64,000 nucleotides of DNA from Eledone cirrhosa (lineage: Eukaryota). The notes beneath the pieces are model-generated. The model was not told the DNA's origin. It did no database searches and worked only from the letters and a program-made list of their open reading frames with translations. Shown piece after piece: positions 28,795 through 41,827 of this stretch. The translations under genes were made by a program, and so were the position numbers. The stretch covers positions 407,340,001-407,404,000 of the forward strand of contig OZ024741.1 of the NCBI GenBank assembly GCA_964016885.1. The letters run 5' to 3'. Every line of letters starts with the position of its first letter. Position 1 is the stretch's first letter.

Positions 28795-29085
28795 AGAGAG
28801 TTTGGCCTACTTCCCAGCTCAGGCATACCGACCCTCGACCCCACACATTGGAGGGAGTTTGGCCCACTTCCCAGCTCAGGCATACCGACCGCGACCCCAC
28901 ACACGAGAGAGAGTTTGGCCCACTTCCCAGCTCAGGCATACCGATCCTCGACCCGACACATGGGAGAGATTTTGGCCCACTTCCCAGCTCAGGCATACCG
29001 ACCGCGACCCCACACATGAGAGAGAGTTTGGCCCACTTCTCAGCTCAGGCATACCGACCCTCGACCCCACGCATTGGAGGGAAGT
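28795..29085. repeat. GC-rich 59-60-bp minisatellite, ~5 copies
   Basis: GAGTTTGGCCCACTTCCCAGCTCAGGCATACCGACC(CTC/GC)GACCCCACAC.. with two alternating variants. Confidence 0.93.
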
Positions 29086-30199
29086 TGGTCGGCGCCAGTG
29101 ATAGACACACAACATATTTGAGCCATTTTGTAGGCCAGCAGAAGCTTACCCCAATTCCCAACTCAAGCATACCCACCCTCAGTACCAGTTATATACTAAA
29201 GACGATTCTATCTATTATTCTCTTTCTGCAAAATATGTTTCTTTGTTCCCAAGTAAAAAATCGTTACGAATTATTTCAAATAAAAGAGCCATACTTAAGA
29301 GTTATTAATGCATAACTATCAGCCGGAATACCATTCCACTTTGTTTTGAGAAGAAAGAAAGCAATAAGAATATAGATAAAACGATGTTCTGTTGAATAAC
29401 AATATATATCTCTATATAATGATAATGATCGCCATGTTTTATGGGGTAGGCGGGTGGTCGTAGAAGTGTGGATTCGTTGTATTTTTCTTGCTGTCTTTTG
29501 TATTTCCTCACAGACCATGCATAAGTATAGAATTTTAACGAGTGAAGCTATATTGAGAAACAAGAGCGAATATGTTGAAGAAATACTTCTAACGATGAAT
29601 ATATCCAAAGATTTTAAATATGATCGATATAACTAGCGACTTATTGATTTCATGCAACAAACCCATTATTCATGAGAGGAACTGAAGAAAAATGTATAAT
29701 TATTATTTTCTCTTCGGCTGGTTCTAAAACATAAATATTCTCTTGGTTTTTTATTTTCTTTGTACTTTTCTCGTTTTCAAAACATGTTTTCTCTGGGATG
29801 AAAAAAGACGTATTTTGTCTTTTTTTTTTTGGGGGGGGGGGGGGGGTTATTCGCAATAATTCAAATATATTGTTCTTCATTATCCTAATTGTTCATTACC
29901 CTAAGTGTTTCTTTAGATATTTTGAAATTTGAATTACCGTATCAATTTAGTTGTCTTATTGCTTCCGTTCTAATCAAAGATCTCCTTTGATCTTCTATTT
30001 GTGATTTCTACCATAGATGTAGACACATGCCACACATTTCATCAGGAATTATACTGATATAGTCTTCAGGACAGGGAACTGCTGTCATCCATCACAATGT
30101 TATTGTATATTTCATCAAAAACATTAATGGTTAATATAAATGAAATTGGCTTCAAAAAACAATCACAATTGATTTTTTTTTTCTATTTACATGAAAGTT

Positions 30200-30550
30200 T
30201 CAAACAAGGTACGCAGCCCCTTTAGTGTAAGGTACTACAAAGAAGGAGAAATTAAAATGAAAGGAATGAATTTACTTCAAACTTGAAAGAGTTCAATCCA
30301 TAGGAAGGAGGAAAACTATAAGATGGAGAGAGTTCTAAAGTCTGGTAGTTCGAGGGAAAAAAGCTACGACCGTAGAAAGACTTCCTTATTCGTGGAATCA
30401 CAACATCCAGATGATCATGGTGTGAGTGTTGAGTTAGACAAGCGTTCAGGTCATAATGAGGTACAATGCGATCGGAGAGAGTTCCAAATCTGATAGTTCG
30501 AGTAAAAATGCTACGACCGTAGAAAGACTCCCTTATTCGTAAAACCACAA
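30200..30550 (-). mobile_element. 3' end of a CR1/L2-group LINE, with internal partial duplication
   Basis: Minus-strand ..FYGRSFFP..FPPSYGLNSFKFEVNSFL* resembles the SFFPRT..WN.LP..FP..Y.L..FK..VN ending of ORF2; 30297-30410 is repeated at ~30455-30550. Confidence 0.65.
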
Positions 30551-30784
30551 CAGCAACCGTTTAGAGTAGTGATTATCACAAGTAGAATCCTGGGAAATAT
30601 CCATTTTCTTTGGTTCCCTAATTTCTGAGGGAGTTGTAGGGGTGCCTCATTGAAATACAACGTTTCTAGGGTATTTTGTAAAATCTGGTCGAACTCATCT
30701 ACTCTCCAGGCCTGAATACAGCAGATTTCTTCCAGAGAAGGATAAAGAGTGAGAGATAGGAAGTGAGAATGAGATATAGAGAAA

Positions 30785-30945
30785 GAATCAATCCCAATAC
30801 TATACTGGTACTTGTTTTGTATCGACCTCAAATGAATGAGAAGCAAAGTTGACATCGGTTGGATTTGAACTGAGAGAATAAAGAGCCGAGAGGAATACCA
30901 CAAAGCATTTTACACGATGTTCTAACGAACTGCCAAGTCACCATC
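30785..30945 (-). mobile_element. Old SINE family 1 copy
   Basis: CTGGTACTTGTTTTGTATCGACC...GCAAAGTTGACATCGG..GGATTTGAACT homology. Confidence 0.72.
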
Positions 30946-31082
30946 CGAAAAATTATAACCATACCTCATAAATAATTGTCTCAAATTAATTTGTTCTGTC
31001 ATCAAAGAAGTGTATTTTACAATGTACGTGAGCTGTATAATCGGTATTTTAAGCGCCGAGAAAACACAATTAATAGGTATTA

Positions 31083-31600
31083 ATGGCTTTAAAAATGAGG
31101 CTTGTTTGCATAATTGCAAACGAATCGAATGTTATTATTAATATTCGAAAAACTCAGATTACATTTATTGTATTCAGCCATGTAGAGCGAAACATTTTTT
31201 TTTATTTGAATGTGGCAAAGCCGGCCATTTATCGCTCGTATACAGGAGACTGACTGGTCAGTATGCTGATATGCAAATCTGGCTGATCAGTGGATCTGCT
31301 AATATGCAGATCTGACTGATCAGCCACTCTGCTAATATGCAAATCAGACCAATCAGTCACTGTATATTTTAGAAACTAGCATATATTTTCATTAGCTATG
31401 ACAGTTGGCAGGTGAACAGTGAGCTGTACTGATGAAGGGTGATACCCAGAAACATTAGTGCCTGCAGTTCTGTTTACATGCCAACACAAGAACAAGAATC
31501 GAGGGTTCATTCTACTTACATGGCTTTTAAAATTAGGCTTGTTTGCATAACAGCAAATGAATCGAATGTTAATAATATTCGAAAAACTCAGATTACATTT
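31083..31600 (+). mobile_element. ~437-bp terminally redundant non-coding unit with hammerhead motif (retrozyme/pLTR-like)
   Basis: Direct repeats 31083-31166 / 31520-31600; GAGCTGTA-CTGATGA(31429)-AGGGT/ACCC-A-GAAA-CATTAGTG-CC-TGCAGTTC. Confidence 0.62.
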
Positions 31601-31919
31601 TATATATAAGTATAAACGATGCTATGCTCCAACGCATAGATCTTATAAAATAGATTATAAAATAGGGTGAAGGCCCTTAAATGATGAGGTATATGTTAAA
31701 TGGAGTCATATCAGGGTATATATACGTATTATTGATATACATATAGTTGAAATTTATAAGCAGAACATTTCCAAGTATCTACCTCAGCCGAACATTTAAA
31801 ATGTATAACGACGCCCGTCAAAGGGGCCAATATGTTTTAAACAATATAGTAGTGAGCTATTTGAGAGAACTTTAGCTACTTTTTCTAGCAGATAGAAACA
31901 CCCTCCTTTATTTAAGATG

Positions 31920-31951
31920 GTAGTAGTAGCATAGCAGTAGTAGTCGTCGTC

Positions 31952-32000
<49 letters not shown>

Positions 32001-32044
32001 CAGCAGCAGCAGTAGTAGTAGTAGTAGTAGCAGCAGTAGTAGTC

Positions 32045-32078
<34 letters not shown>

Positions 32079-32097
32079 TAGTAGTAGTAGCAGCAGC

Positions 32098-32141
<44 letters not shown>

Positions 32142-32159
32142 CAGCAGCAGCAGAGCAGC

Positions 32160-32194
<35 letters not shown>

Positions 32195-32263
32195 CAGCAG
32201 CAGCAGTAGTAGTAGTAGTATAAGTAGTAGTAGTAGTAGTAGTAGTAGTATATTATCAGCAGC

Positions 32264-32301
<38 letters not shown>

Positions 32302-32362
32302 CAGTAGCAGCAGTAGTAGTAGTAGCAGTAGTAGTAGCAGTAGTAGTAGCAGCAGCAGCATC

Positions 32363-32406
<44 letters not shown>

Positions 32407-32476
32407 CAGCAGCAGGAGTAGTAGCAGTAGCAGCAGCAGCAGCAGTAGTAGTAGCAGCAGCAGCAGTAGTAGCAGT

Positions 32477-32554
<78 letters not shown>

Positions 32555-32641
32555 TGTAGCAGCAGCAGGAGTAGTAGCAGTAGCAGCAGCAGCAGCAGTA
32601 GTAGTAGCAGCAGCAGCAGTAGTAGCAGTAGCATCAGCAGC

Positions 32642-32695
<54 letters not shown>

Positions 32696-32814
32696 TGTAG
32701 CAGCAGCAGCAGTAGTAGTAGCAGCAGCAGCAGTAGTAGCAGTATGAGCAGCAACAGCAGTAGTAGTAGCAGCAGCAGCAGTAGTAGCAGTAGCAGCAGC
32801 AGCAGCAGTAGTAT

Positions 32815-32848
<34 letters not shown>
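31920..32848. repeat. Compound (TAG)n/(CAG)n trinucleotide microsatellite
   Basis: Direct reading; produces the poly-Leu/Tyr/Thr pseudo-ORF. Confidence 0.97.
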
Positions 32849-33415
32849 TTAAGCTTCATGTCAGCTATGATATACAAGACGTCCCAGCAGTAACCACAGA
32901 ATTTCCCCAGTGTTATCCAAACCACAATACAGTAACATACATTCCTATTTCCCAACACATTACAGCTTCTTTCAATATAAACCTCAGGAAATGTAAATTT
33001 GGATAAAAGTGTAGCTGCTATTTCTAGCAACATAAGTGATCGCATAGAGATACTTTCATTGTTTGTAATAGTTAATTAGATATGGCGTCTACCCTTTTAG
33101 TAAAGAGGAGAGGGCTACGCTGGTACTCTTGCTAATGGTAATTTGATGAAATGAAAGCATTCAATTTCTATTTACACGAGAGTCTCCGATATTTCGACAT
33201 GTCTCCACAAAGAGATTTGTAATTAACTTCAAGTACAGATGTTTTAATTGCTCTTTCACATACATTTGTGGCGGTAATTGTCAGTCTTTAGAACGTTTCA
33301 ATTAAATAACTCCATATTTGTTCCAGCTCTCGGAACAATTTTACAGTTCATCTTTTCCCGGTCGAAACACATGTGTTACCTACAGATATAATATATAATA
33401 TTATATTTAAGACTT

Positions 33416-33600
33416 GGTGGATTGGTAGTATCGGTAGAGGGTCGGACGCCATGGTTTGCCGCAAAGAGTTACGGCCCTTTCCATTCTGGGTACAAATACT
33501 GCCGAGGTTAACTTTGCCTTTCATCCTACGGGGTCGATAAAATAAAGTACCAGTAATAGACTGGATAATTGCTGGGCTTGTGCCACAAGTAGAAACAATT
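33416..33600 (+). mobile_element. SINE family 1 in satellite
   Basis: TSD ATTATAT.TAAGACTTGG. Confidence 0.92.
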
Positions 33601-34376
33601 ATATCTAAGACTTGGCTAAAATGGCGGTTGTGTGACCTACAGATATGATAGAGTCATATTATATCTAAGACTTGGCTGAAATGGTGGGTGTGTGACCTAC
33701 AGGTATAATACAGTCATATTATATCTAAGACTTAGATGAAATGGTGGGTGTATGGCCTACATGTATAATACAGTCATATTATATCTCAGACTTAGATGAA
33801 ATGGTGGGAGTGTCTTACAGATATAATAGTCATATTATATCTAAGACTTAGATGAAATGGTGGGTGTATGGCCTACATGTATAATACAGTCATATTATAT
33901 CTCAGACTTAGATGAAATGGTGGGAGTGTCCTACAGATAAAATAGTCATATTATATCTAAGAATTAGATGAAATGGTGGGCGTATGGCCTACAGGTATAA
34001 GAGAGTCATATTATATCTAAGACTTAGATGAAATGGTGGATGTATGGCCTACAAATATAATACAGTCATATTATATCTAAGACTTAGATGAAATGCTGGG
34101 GGTATGACCTACAGATTTATTACAGTCATATTATATTTAAGACTTAGATGAAATGGTGGGTGTATGGCCTACAGGTATAATAGAGTCATATTATATCTAA
34201 GACTTAGATGAAATGGTGGGAGTGTCCTACAGATATAATAGTCATATTATATCTAAGAATTAGATGAAATGGTGGGCGTATGGCCTACAGGTATAAGAGA
34301 GTCATATTATATCTAAGACTTAGATGAAATGGTGGATGTATGGCCTACAAATATAATACAGTCATATTATATCTAA

Positions 34377-34555
34377 ATTGGCAGTATCGGTAGAGAGTCA
34401 GACGCTATGCTTTCCAGCATAGTTACGTCCCTTTACGGTCTGAGTTCAAATCCCGCCGAGGTTCACTTTGCCTTTCATCCTTACGGGGTCGATGAAATAA
34501 AGTACCAGTAATGCACTGGATAATTGATGGCCTTGTGCCAAAAGTAGAAACAATT
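34377..34555 (+). mobile_element. SINE family 1 in satellite
   Basis: TSD ATTATATCTAA. Confidence 0.93.
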
Positions 34556-35146
34556 ATATCTAAGACTTAGATGAAATAGTGGGTGTATGGCCTACAGATA
34601 TAATACAGTCATATTATATCTAAGACTTAGATGAAATGGTGGGTGTGTGGCCTACAGATATAATACAGTCATATTATATCTAAGACTTAGATGAAATGGT
34701 GGGAGTGTCTTACAGATATAATAGTCATATTATACCTAAGACTTAGATGAAATGGTGGATGTATTGCCTACAGATATAATAGTTATATTATATCTAAGAC
34801 TTAGATGAAATGGTGGGTGTGTGACCTACAGATATAATACAGTCATATTATATCTAAGACTTAGATGAAATGGTGGGAGTGACCTACAGGTATAATACGG
34901 TCATATTATATCTAAGATTAAATGAAATGGTGGGTGTATGGCCTACAGATATAATACAGTCATATTATATATAAGACTTAGATGAAATGGTGGGGGTATG
35001 ACCTACAGATATAATACAGTCATATTATATCTAAGACTTAGATGAAATGGTCAGTGTGTGACCTACAGGTATAATAGAGGCATATTATCTTTAAGACTTA
35101 GATAAAATGGTGGGTGTATGGCCAACAGATATAATACAGTTATATA

Positions 35147-35329
35147 GTGGATTGGCAGTATCGGTAGAGGGTCGGACGCCATGCTTTCCAGCATAGTTAC
35201 GTCCCTTTATGATCTGAGTTCAAATCCCGCCGAGGTTGACTTTGCCTTTCATCTTTACGGGGTCGATAAAATAAAGTATCAGTAATGCACTGGGTATTTG
35301 CTGGCCTTGTGCCAATAGTAGAAACAATT
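35147..35329 (+). mobile_element. SINE family 1 in satellite
   Basis: Short TSD TTATAT. Confidence 0.92.
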
Positions 35330-36059
35330 ATATGTAAGACTTAGGTAAAATGGTGGGTGTATGGTCTACTGATATAATACAGTCATATTATATCTAAGAC
35401 ATAGATGAAATGGTGGGTGTATGGTCTACAGATATAATACAGTCATATTATATCTAAGACTTAGATGAAAGGGTGGGTGTATGGCCTACAGATATAATAC
35501 AGTCATAATATATCTAAGACTTAGATGAAATGGTGGGAGTGTCCTACAGATATAATATAGTCATATTATACCAAAGACTTAGATGAAATTGTGGGTGTAT
35601 GGCCTACAGATATAAGACAGTCATATTATATCTAAGACTTAGATGAAATGGAGGGTGTATGACCTACAGATATAATACAGTCATATTATATCTAAGACTT
35701 AAATGAAATGGTGGGTGTTCGGCCTACAGATATAATACAGTCATATTATATCTAAAACTTAGATGAAATGGTGGGTGTGTGACCTACAAATATAATAGTC
35801 ATATTATATTTAAGATTTAGATGAAATGGTGGGTGTCTGGCCTGTAGGTATAATACAGTCATATTATATCTAAGACTAAGATTAAGTGGTGGGTGTATGG
35901 CCTACAGGTATAATACAGTCATATTATATCTAAGACTTAGATGAAATGGTGGGTGTATGACCTACAGGTATAATACAGTCATATTATATTTAAGACTTAG
36001 ATGAAATGGTGGGTGTATGGCCTACCGATATGATACAGTCATATTATATTTAAGACTTA

Positions 36060-36251
36060 GGGCGGTGAATTGGCAGTATCGGTTGAGGGTCGGACGCCAT
36101 GATTTGACGCATAAATATACGGCCCTTGCCATTCTGAGATCAAATCCCGCCGAGGTTAACTTTGCCTTTCCTCCTTACGGGGGTCGATAAAATAAAGTAC
36201 CAGTAATACACTGGGAAATTGCTGGCCTTGTGCCAAAAGTAGAAAACAATT
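36060..36251 (+). mobile_element. SINE family 1 in satellite, full length
   Basis: TSD ATTATATTTAAGACTTA. Confidence 0.93.
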
Positions 36252-36868
36252 ATATTTAAGACTTAGATGAAATGGTGGGTGTATGGCCTACGGATATAAT
36301 AGAGTCATATTATATCTAAGACTTAGATGAAATGGTGTGTGTATGACCTACCGGTATAATACAGTCATATTATATCTAAGACTTAGATGAAATGGTGGGT
36401 GTATGGCCTCGAAGTATAATACAGTCATATTATATTTAAGACTCAGATGAAATGGTGGGTGTATGGCCTACAGATATAATACACTCATATTATATCTAAG
36501 ACTTAGATGAAATGGTGGGTGTATGGCCTCGAAGTATAATACAGTCATATTATATCTAAGACTCAGATGAAATGGTGGGTGTATGGCCTACAGATATAAT
36601 ACAGTCATATTATATCTAAGACTTCGATGAAATGGTGGGAGTGACCTACAGATATAATAGTCATATTATATCTAAGACTTATATATGACCTAGAGGTATA
36701 ATATCATATCTAAGACTTATATATGACGTAGAGGTATAATACAGTCATATTATATCTAAGACTTAGATGAAAAGATGGGTGTATGGTCTACAGGTATAAT
36801 ACAGTCGTAATATATCTAAGACTTGGATGAAATGGTGGGTGTATGGCCTAGAGGTTTAATACAGTCAT

Positions 36869-37056
36869 AATTGTTTCTACATTAGGCACAAAGCCAGCAA
36901 TTACCCAGTGCATTACTGGTACTTTATTTTATCGACCCCGTAAGGATGAAAGGCAAAGTCAACATCGGCGGGATTTGAACTCAGATCATAAAGGGACGTA
37001 ACTATGCTGGAAAGCATGGCGTCAAACCCTCTACCGATACTGCCAATCCAACGCCC
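36869..37056 (-). mobile_element. SINE family 1 in satellite
   Basis: TSD TAATACAGTCATAAT. Confidence 0.93.
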
Positions 37057-37969
37057 TAATACAGTCATAATATATATGAGGCTTAGATGAAATGGTGGGA
37101 GTGACCTACAGATATAATAGTCATATTATATCTAAGACTTAGATGAAATGGTGGGTGTATGACCTACAGATATAATACAGTCATATTATATCTAAGACTT
37201 AGATGAAATGGTGGGTGTGGCCTAGAGGAATATTACAGTCATATTATATTTAAGACTTGGCTGAAATGGTGGGTATATGACCTAGAGGTATAATACAGTC
37301 ATATTATATCTAAGGCTTAGATGAAATGGTGGGAGTGACCTACAGATATAATAGTCATATTATATGTAAGCCTTAGATGAAATGATGGGTGTATGGCCTA
37401 CAGATATAATACAGTCATATTATATCTAAGACTTAGATGAAATGGTGGGAGTGTGGCCTAAAGATATAATACAGTCATAATATATCTAAGACTTAGATCA
37501 AATGGTGGTGTGTGGCCTACAGGTATAATACAGTCATATTATATCTAAGACTTAGATGAAATGGTGGAAGTGACCTACAGATATAATAGTCATATTATAT
37601 CTAAGACATAGATGAAATGGTGGGTGTATGGCCTACAGATTTAATACAGTCATATTATACATAAGACTGAGATGAAATGGTGGGAGTGTGGCCTACAGAT
37701 ATAATACAGGCATAATATATCTAAGACTTAGATGAAATGGTTGGGAGTGACCTACAGATATTATACATTCATATTATATCTAAGACTTAGATTAAACGGT
37801 GGGTGTATGACATACAGATATAATACAGTCACATTATATCTAAGACTTAGATGAAATGGTGGGTGTATGGCCTACAGGTATAATACAGTCATATTATATC
37901 TAAGACTTAGATGGAATGGTGGGTGTATGACCTACAGGTATAATACAGTCATAAGTCATATTATATCTA

Positions 37970-38159
37970 GGGCGGTGGATTGGCAGTATCGGTAGAGGGT
38001 CTGACGCTATGCTTTGCAGCAAAGAGTTACGCCCCTTTATGGTTTGAGTTCAAATCCCGCCGAGGTTAACTTTGCCTTTCATCCTTACGGGGTCGATAAA
38101 ATAAAGTACCAGTAATGCACTGGATAATTGCTGGCCTTGTGCCAAAAGTAGAAACAATT
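37970..38159 (+). mobile_element. SINE family 1 in satellite
   Basis: TSD ATTATATCTA. Confidence 0.93.
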
Positions 38160-41100
38160 ATATCTAAGACTTAGATGAAATGATGGGTGTATGGCCTACA
38201 TGTATAATACAGTCATATTATGTTTAAGACTTGGATGAAATGGTGGATGCATGGCCTAGAGGTATAATACAGTCATAATATATCTAAGCCTTAGATGAAA
38301 TGGTGGGAGTGTTGCCTACAGATATAATAGTCATATTATATCTGGGAACTTAGATGAAATGGTGGGTGTATTGCCTACAGATATAATACAGACATACTAT
38401 ATCTAAGACTTAGATGAAATGGTGTGGTGTGGCCTACAGGTATAATACAGTCATATTATATTTAAGACTCAGATGAAATGGTGGGTGTATGTCCTACAGG
38501 TATAAAACAATCATATTATATTTAAGACTTAGATGAAATGGTGGGTGTCTGGCCTATAGGTATAATAAAGTCATATTATATCTAAGACTTAGATGACATG
38601 GTGAGCGTATGACCTACAGGTATAATACAGTCATATTACATCTAAGACTTAGATGAAATGGTGGGTGTATGACCTACAGATATAATACAGTCATATTATA
38701 TCTAAGACTTAGATGTAATGGTGGGAGTGACCTACAGATATAATACAGTCATATTATATCTAAGACTTAGATGAAATGATGGGTGTATGGCCTACAGGTA
38801 TAATACAGTCATATTATATCTAAGACTTAGATGAAATGGTGATTATAATGCCTACAGATATAATACAGTCACATTATATTTAAGACTTAGATGAAATGGT
38901 GGCTGTATGGCCTACAGATATAATACGGTCATATTATATCTAAGACTTAGATGAAATGGTGGAAGAGACCTACAGATATAATAGTCATATTATATCTAAG
39001 ACTTAGATGAAATGGTGGGTGTATGGCCTACAGATTTATTACAGTCATATTATACATAAGACTTAGATGAAATGGTGGGAGTGTGGCCTACAGATATAAT
39101 ACAGTCATAATATATCTAAGACTTAGATGAAATGGTGGGAGTGACCTACACATATAATACATTCATATTATATCTAAGACCTTTGATGAAATGGTGGTTG
39201 TAATGCCTACAGGTATAATACAGTCATATTATATCTAAGACTTAGATGAAATTGTGGGTGTATGGCCTACAGATATAATAGAGTCGTATTATATCTAAGA
39301 CTTGGATGAAATGGTGGGTGTATGGCCTAGAGGTATAATACAGCCATAATATATCTAAGGCTTAGATGAAATGGTGGGAGTGTCCTACAGATATAATAGT
39401 CATATTATATTTAAGACTTAGATGAAATGGTGGGTGTGTGGACTACAGGTATAATACAGTCATATTATATTTAAGACTTAGATGAAATGGTGGGTGTGTG
39501 GACTACAGGTATAATACTGTCATATTATATTTAAGACTTAGATGAAATGGTGGGTGTGTGGACTACAGGTATAATACAGTCATATTACATTTAAGACTTA
39601 GATGAAATGGTGGGTGTGTGGACTACAGGTATAATACAGTCATATTATATTTAAGACTTAGATGAAATGGTGGGTGTGTGGACTACAGGTATAATACAGT
39701 CATATTATATTTAAGACTTAGATGAAATAGTGGGTGTGTGGACTACAGGTATAATACAGTCATATTATATTTAAGACTTAGATGAAATGGTGGGTGTATG
39801 GTCTACAGATTTATTACAGTCATATTATATTTAAGACTCAGATGAAATGGTGGGTGTATAGCCTACATATATAATACTGTCATATTATATTTAACACATA
39901 CATGAAATTGTGGGTATATGGCCAACAGGTATAATGCAGTCGTATAATATCTAAGACTTGGATGAAATGGTGGGTATAGGCCCTAGGGGTATAATACAGT
40001 CATATTATATTTAAGACTTAGATGAAATGGTGGGTGTGTGGTCTTAAGGAATGTTACAGTGATAATATATCTGAGACTTAGTTGAAATGGTGGGAGTAAC
40101 CTACAGATATAATACAGTCATATTATATCTAAGACTTAGATGAAATGGTGGGTGTATTGCCTACAGATATAATACAGTCATAATATATCTAAGACTTAGA
40201 TGAAATGGTGGGAGTGACCTACAGATATAATACATTCATATTATATCTAAGACTTAGATGAAATGGTGTGTGTATGACATACAGATATAATACAGTCATA
40301 TTATATCTAAGACTTAGATGAAATGGTGGGTTTATGGCCTACAGGCATAATACAGTCATATTATATCTAAGACTTAGATGGAATGGTGGGTGTATGACCT
40401 ACAGGTATAATACAGTCATATTATATTTAAGACTTAGATGAAATTGTGGGTGTATGGCCTACAGATATAATACAGTCGTATTATATCTAAGACTTGGATG
40501 AAATGGTGGGAGTGTGGCTTACAGATATAATACAGTCGTATTATATCTAAGACTTAGATGAAATGGTGGGTGTATGACCTACAGATATAATACAGTCATA
40601 TAATATCTAAGACTTAGATGAAATGGTGGGTGTATGGTCTACAGGTATAATACAGTCATATTATATTTAAGACTTAGATGAAATGGTGGGTGTATGTCCT
40701 AAAGATATAATACAGTCATATTATATTTAACACTTAGTTGAAATGATCGGTGTATGGCCTACAGGTATAATACAGTCATATTATATTTAAGACTTAGATG
40801 AATTGGTGGGTGTGTGGACTACAGGTATAATACAGTCATATTATATTTAAGACTTAGATGAAATGGTGGGTGTGTGGACTACAGGTATAATACAGTCATA
40901 TTATATTTAAGACTTAGATGAAATGGTGGGTGTGTGGACTACAGATATAATACAGTCATATTATATTTAAGACTTAGATGAAATGGTGGGTGTGTGGACT
41001 ACAGGTATAATACAGTCATATTATATTTAAGACTTAGATGAATTGGTGGGTGTATGGTCTACATATATAATACTGTCATATTATATTTAATACATACATG

Positions 41101-41636
41101 AAATTGTGGGTGTATGGCCAACAGGTTTAATACAGTCGTATTATATCTAAGACTTGGATGAAATGGTGGGTGTAGGCCCTAGGGGTATAATACAGTCATA
41201 TTATATCTAAGACTTAGATGAAATGGTGGGTGTATGACCTACAGGTATAATACAGTCATATTATATCTAAGACTTAGATGGAATAGTGGGTGTATGACCT
41301 ACAGGTATAATACAGTCATATTATATTTAAGACTTAGATGAAATGGTGGGTATATGGCCTACAGATATAATACAGTCGTATTATATCTAAGACTTCGATG
41401 AAATGGTGGGAGTGTGGCTTGCAGATATAATACAGTCATATTATATCTAAGACTTAGATTAAACGGTGGGTGTATGACATACAGATATAATACAGTCACA
41501 TTATATCTAAGACTTAGATGAAATGGTGGGTGTATGGCCTACAGGTATAATACAGTCATATTATATCTAAGACTTAGATGGAATGGTGGGTGTATGACCT
41601 ACAGGTATAATACAGTCATAAGTCATATTATATCTA

Positions 41637-41827
41637 GGGCGGTGGATTGGCAGTATCGATAGAGGGTCTGACGCTATGCTTTGCAGCAAAGAGTTACGCC
41701 CCTTTATGGTTTGAGTTCAAATCCCGCCGAGGTTAACTTTGCCTTTCATCCTTACCGGGTCGATAAAATAAAGTACCAGTAATGCACTGGATAATTGCTG
41801 GCCTTGTGCCAAAAGTAGAAACAATTA
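41637..41827 (+). mobile_element. SINE family 1, duplicate of the 37970 copy via block duplication
   Basis: Almost identical sequence and identical flanking monomer variants. Confidence 0.93.

Noticed and set aside
28748-29315. Overlapping ORFs at 28.7-29.3 kb
   Set aside because: Open frames caused by a GC-rich minisatellite; no recognisable domain.
31912-33045. 377-aa poly-Leu/Tyr/Thr ORF
   Set aside because: Reverse reading of a (TAG/CAG)n microsatellite.
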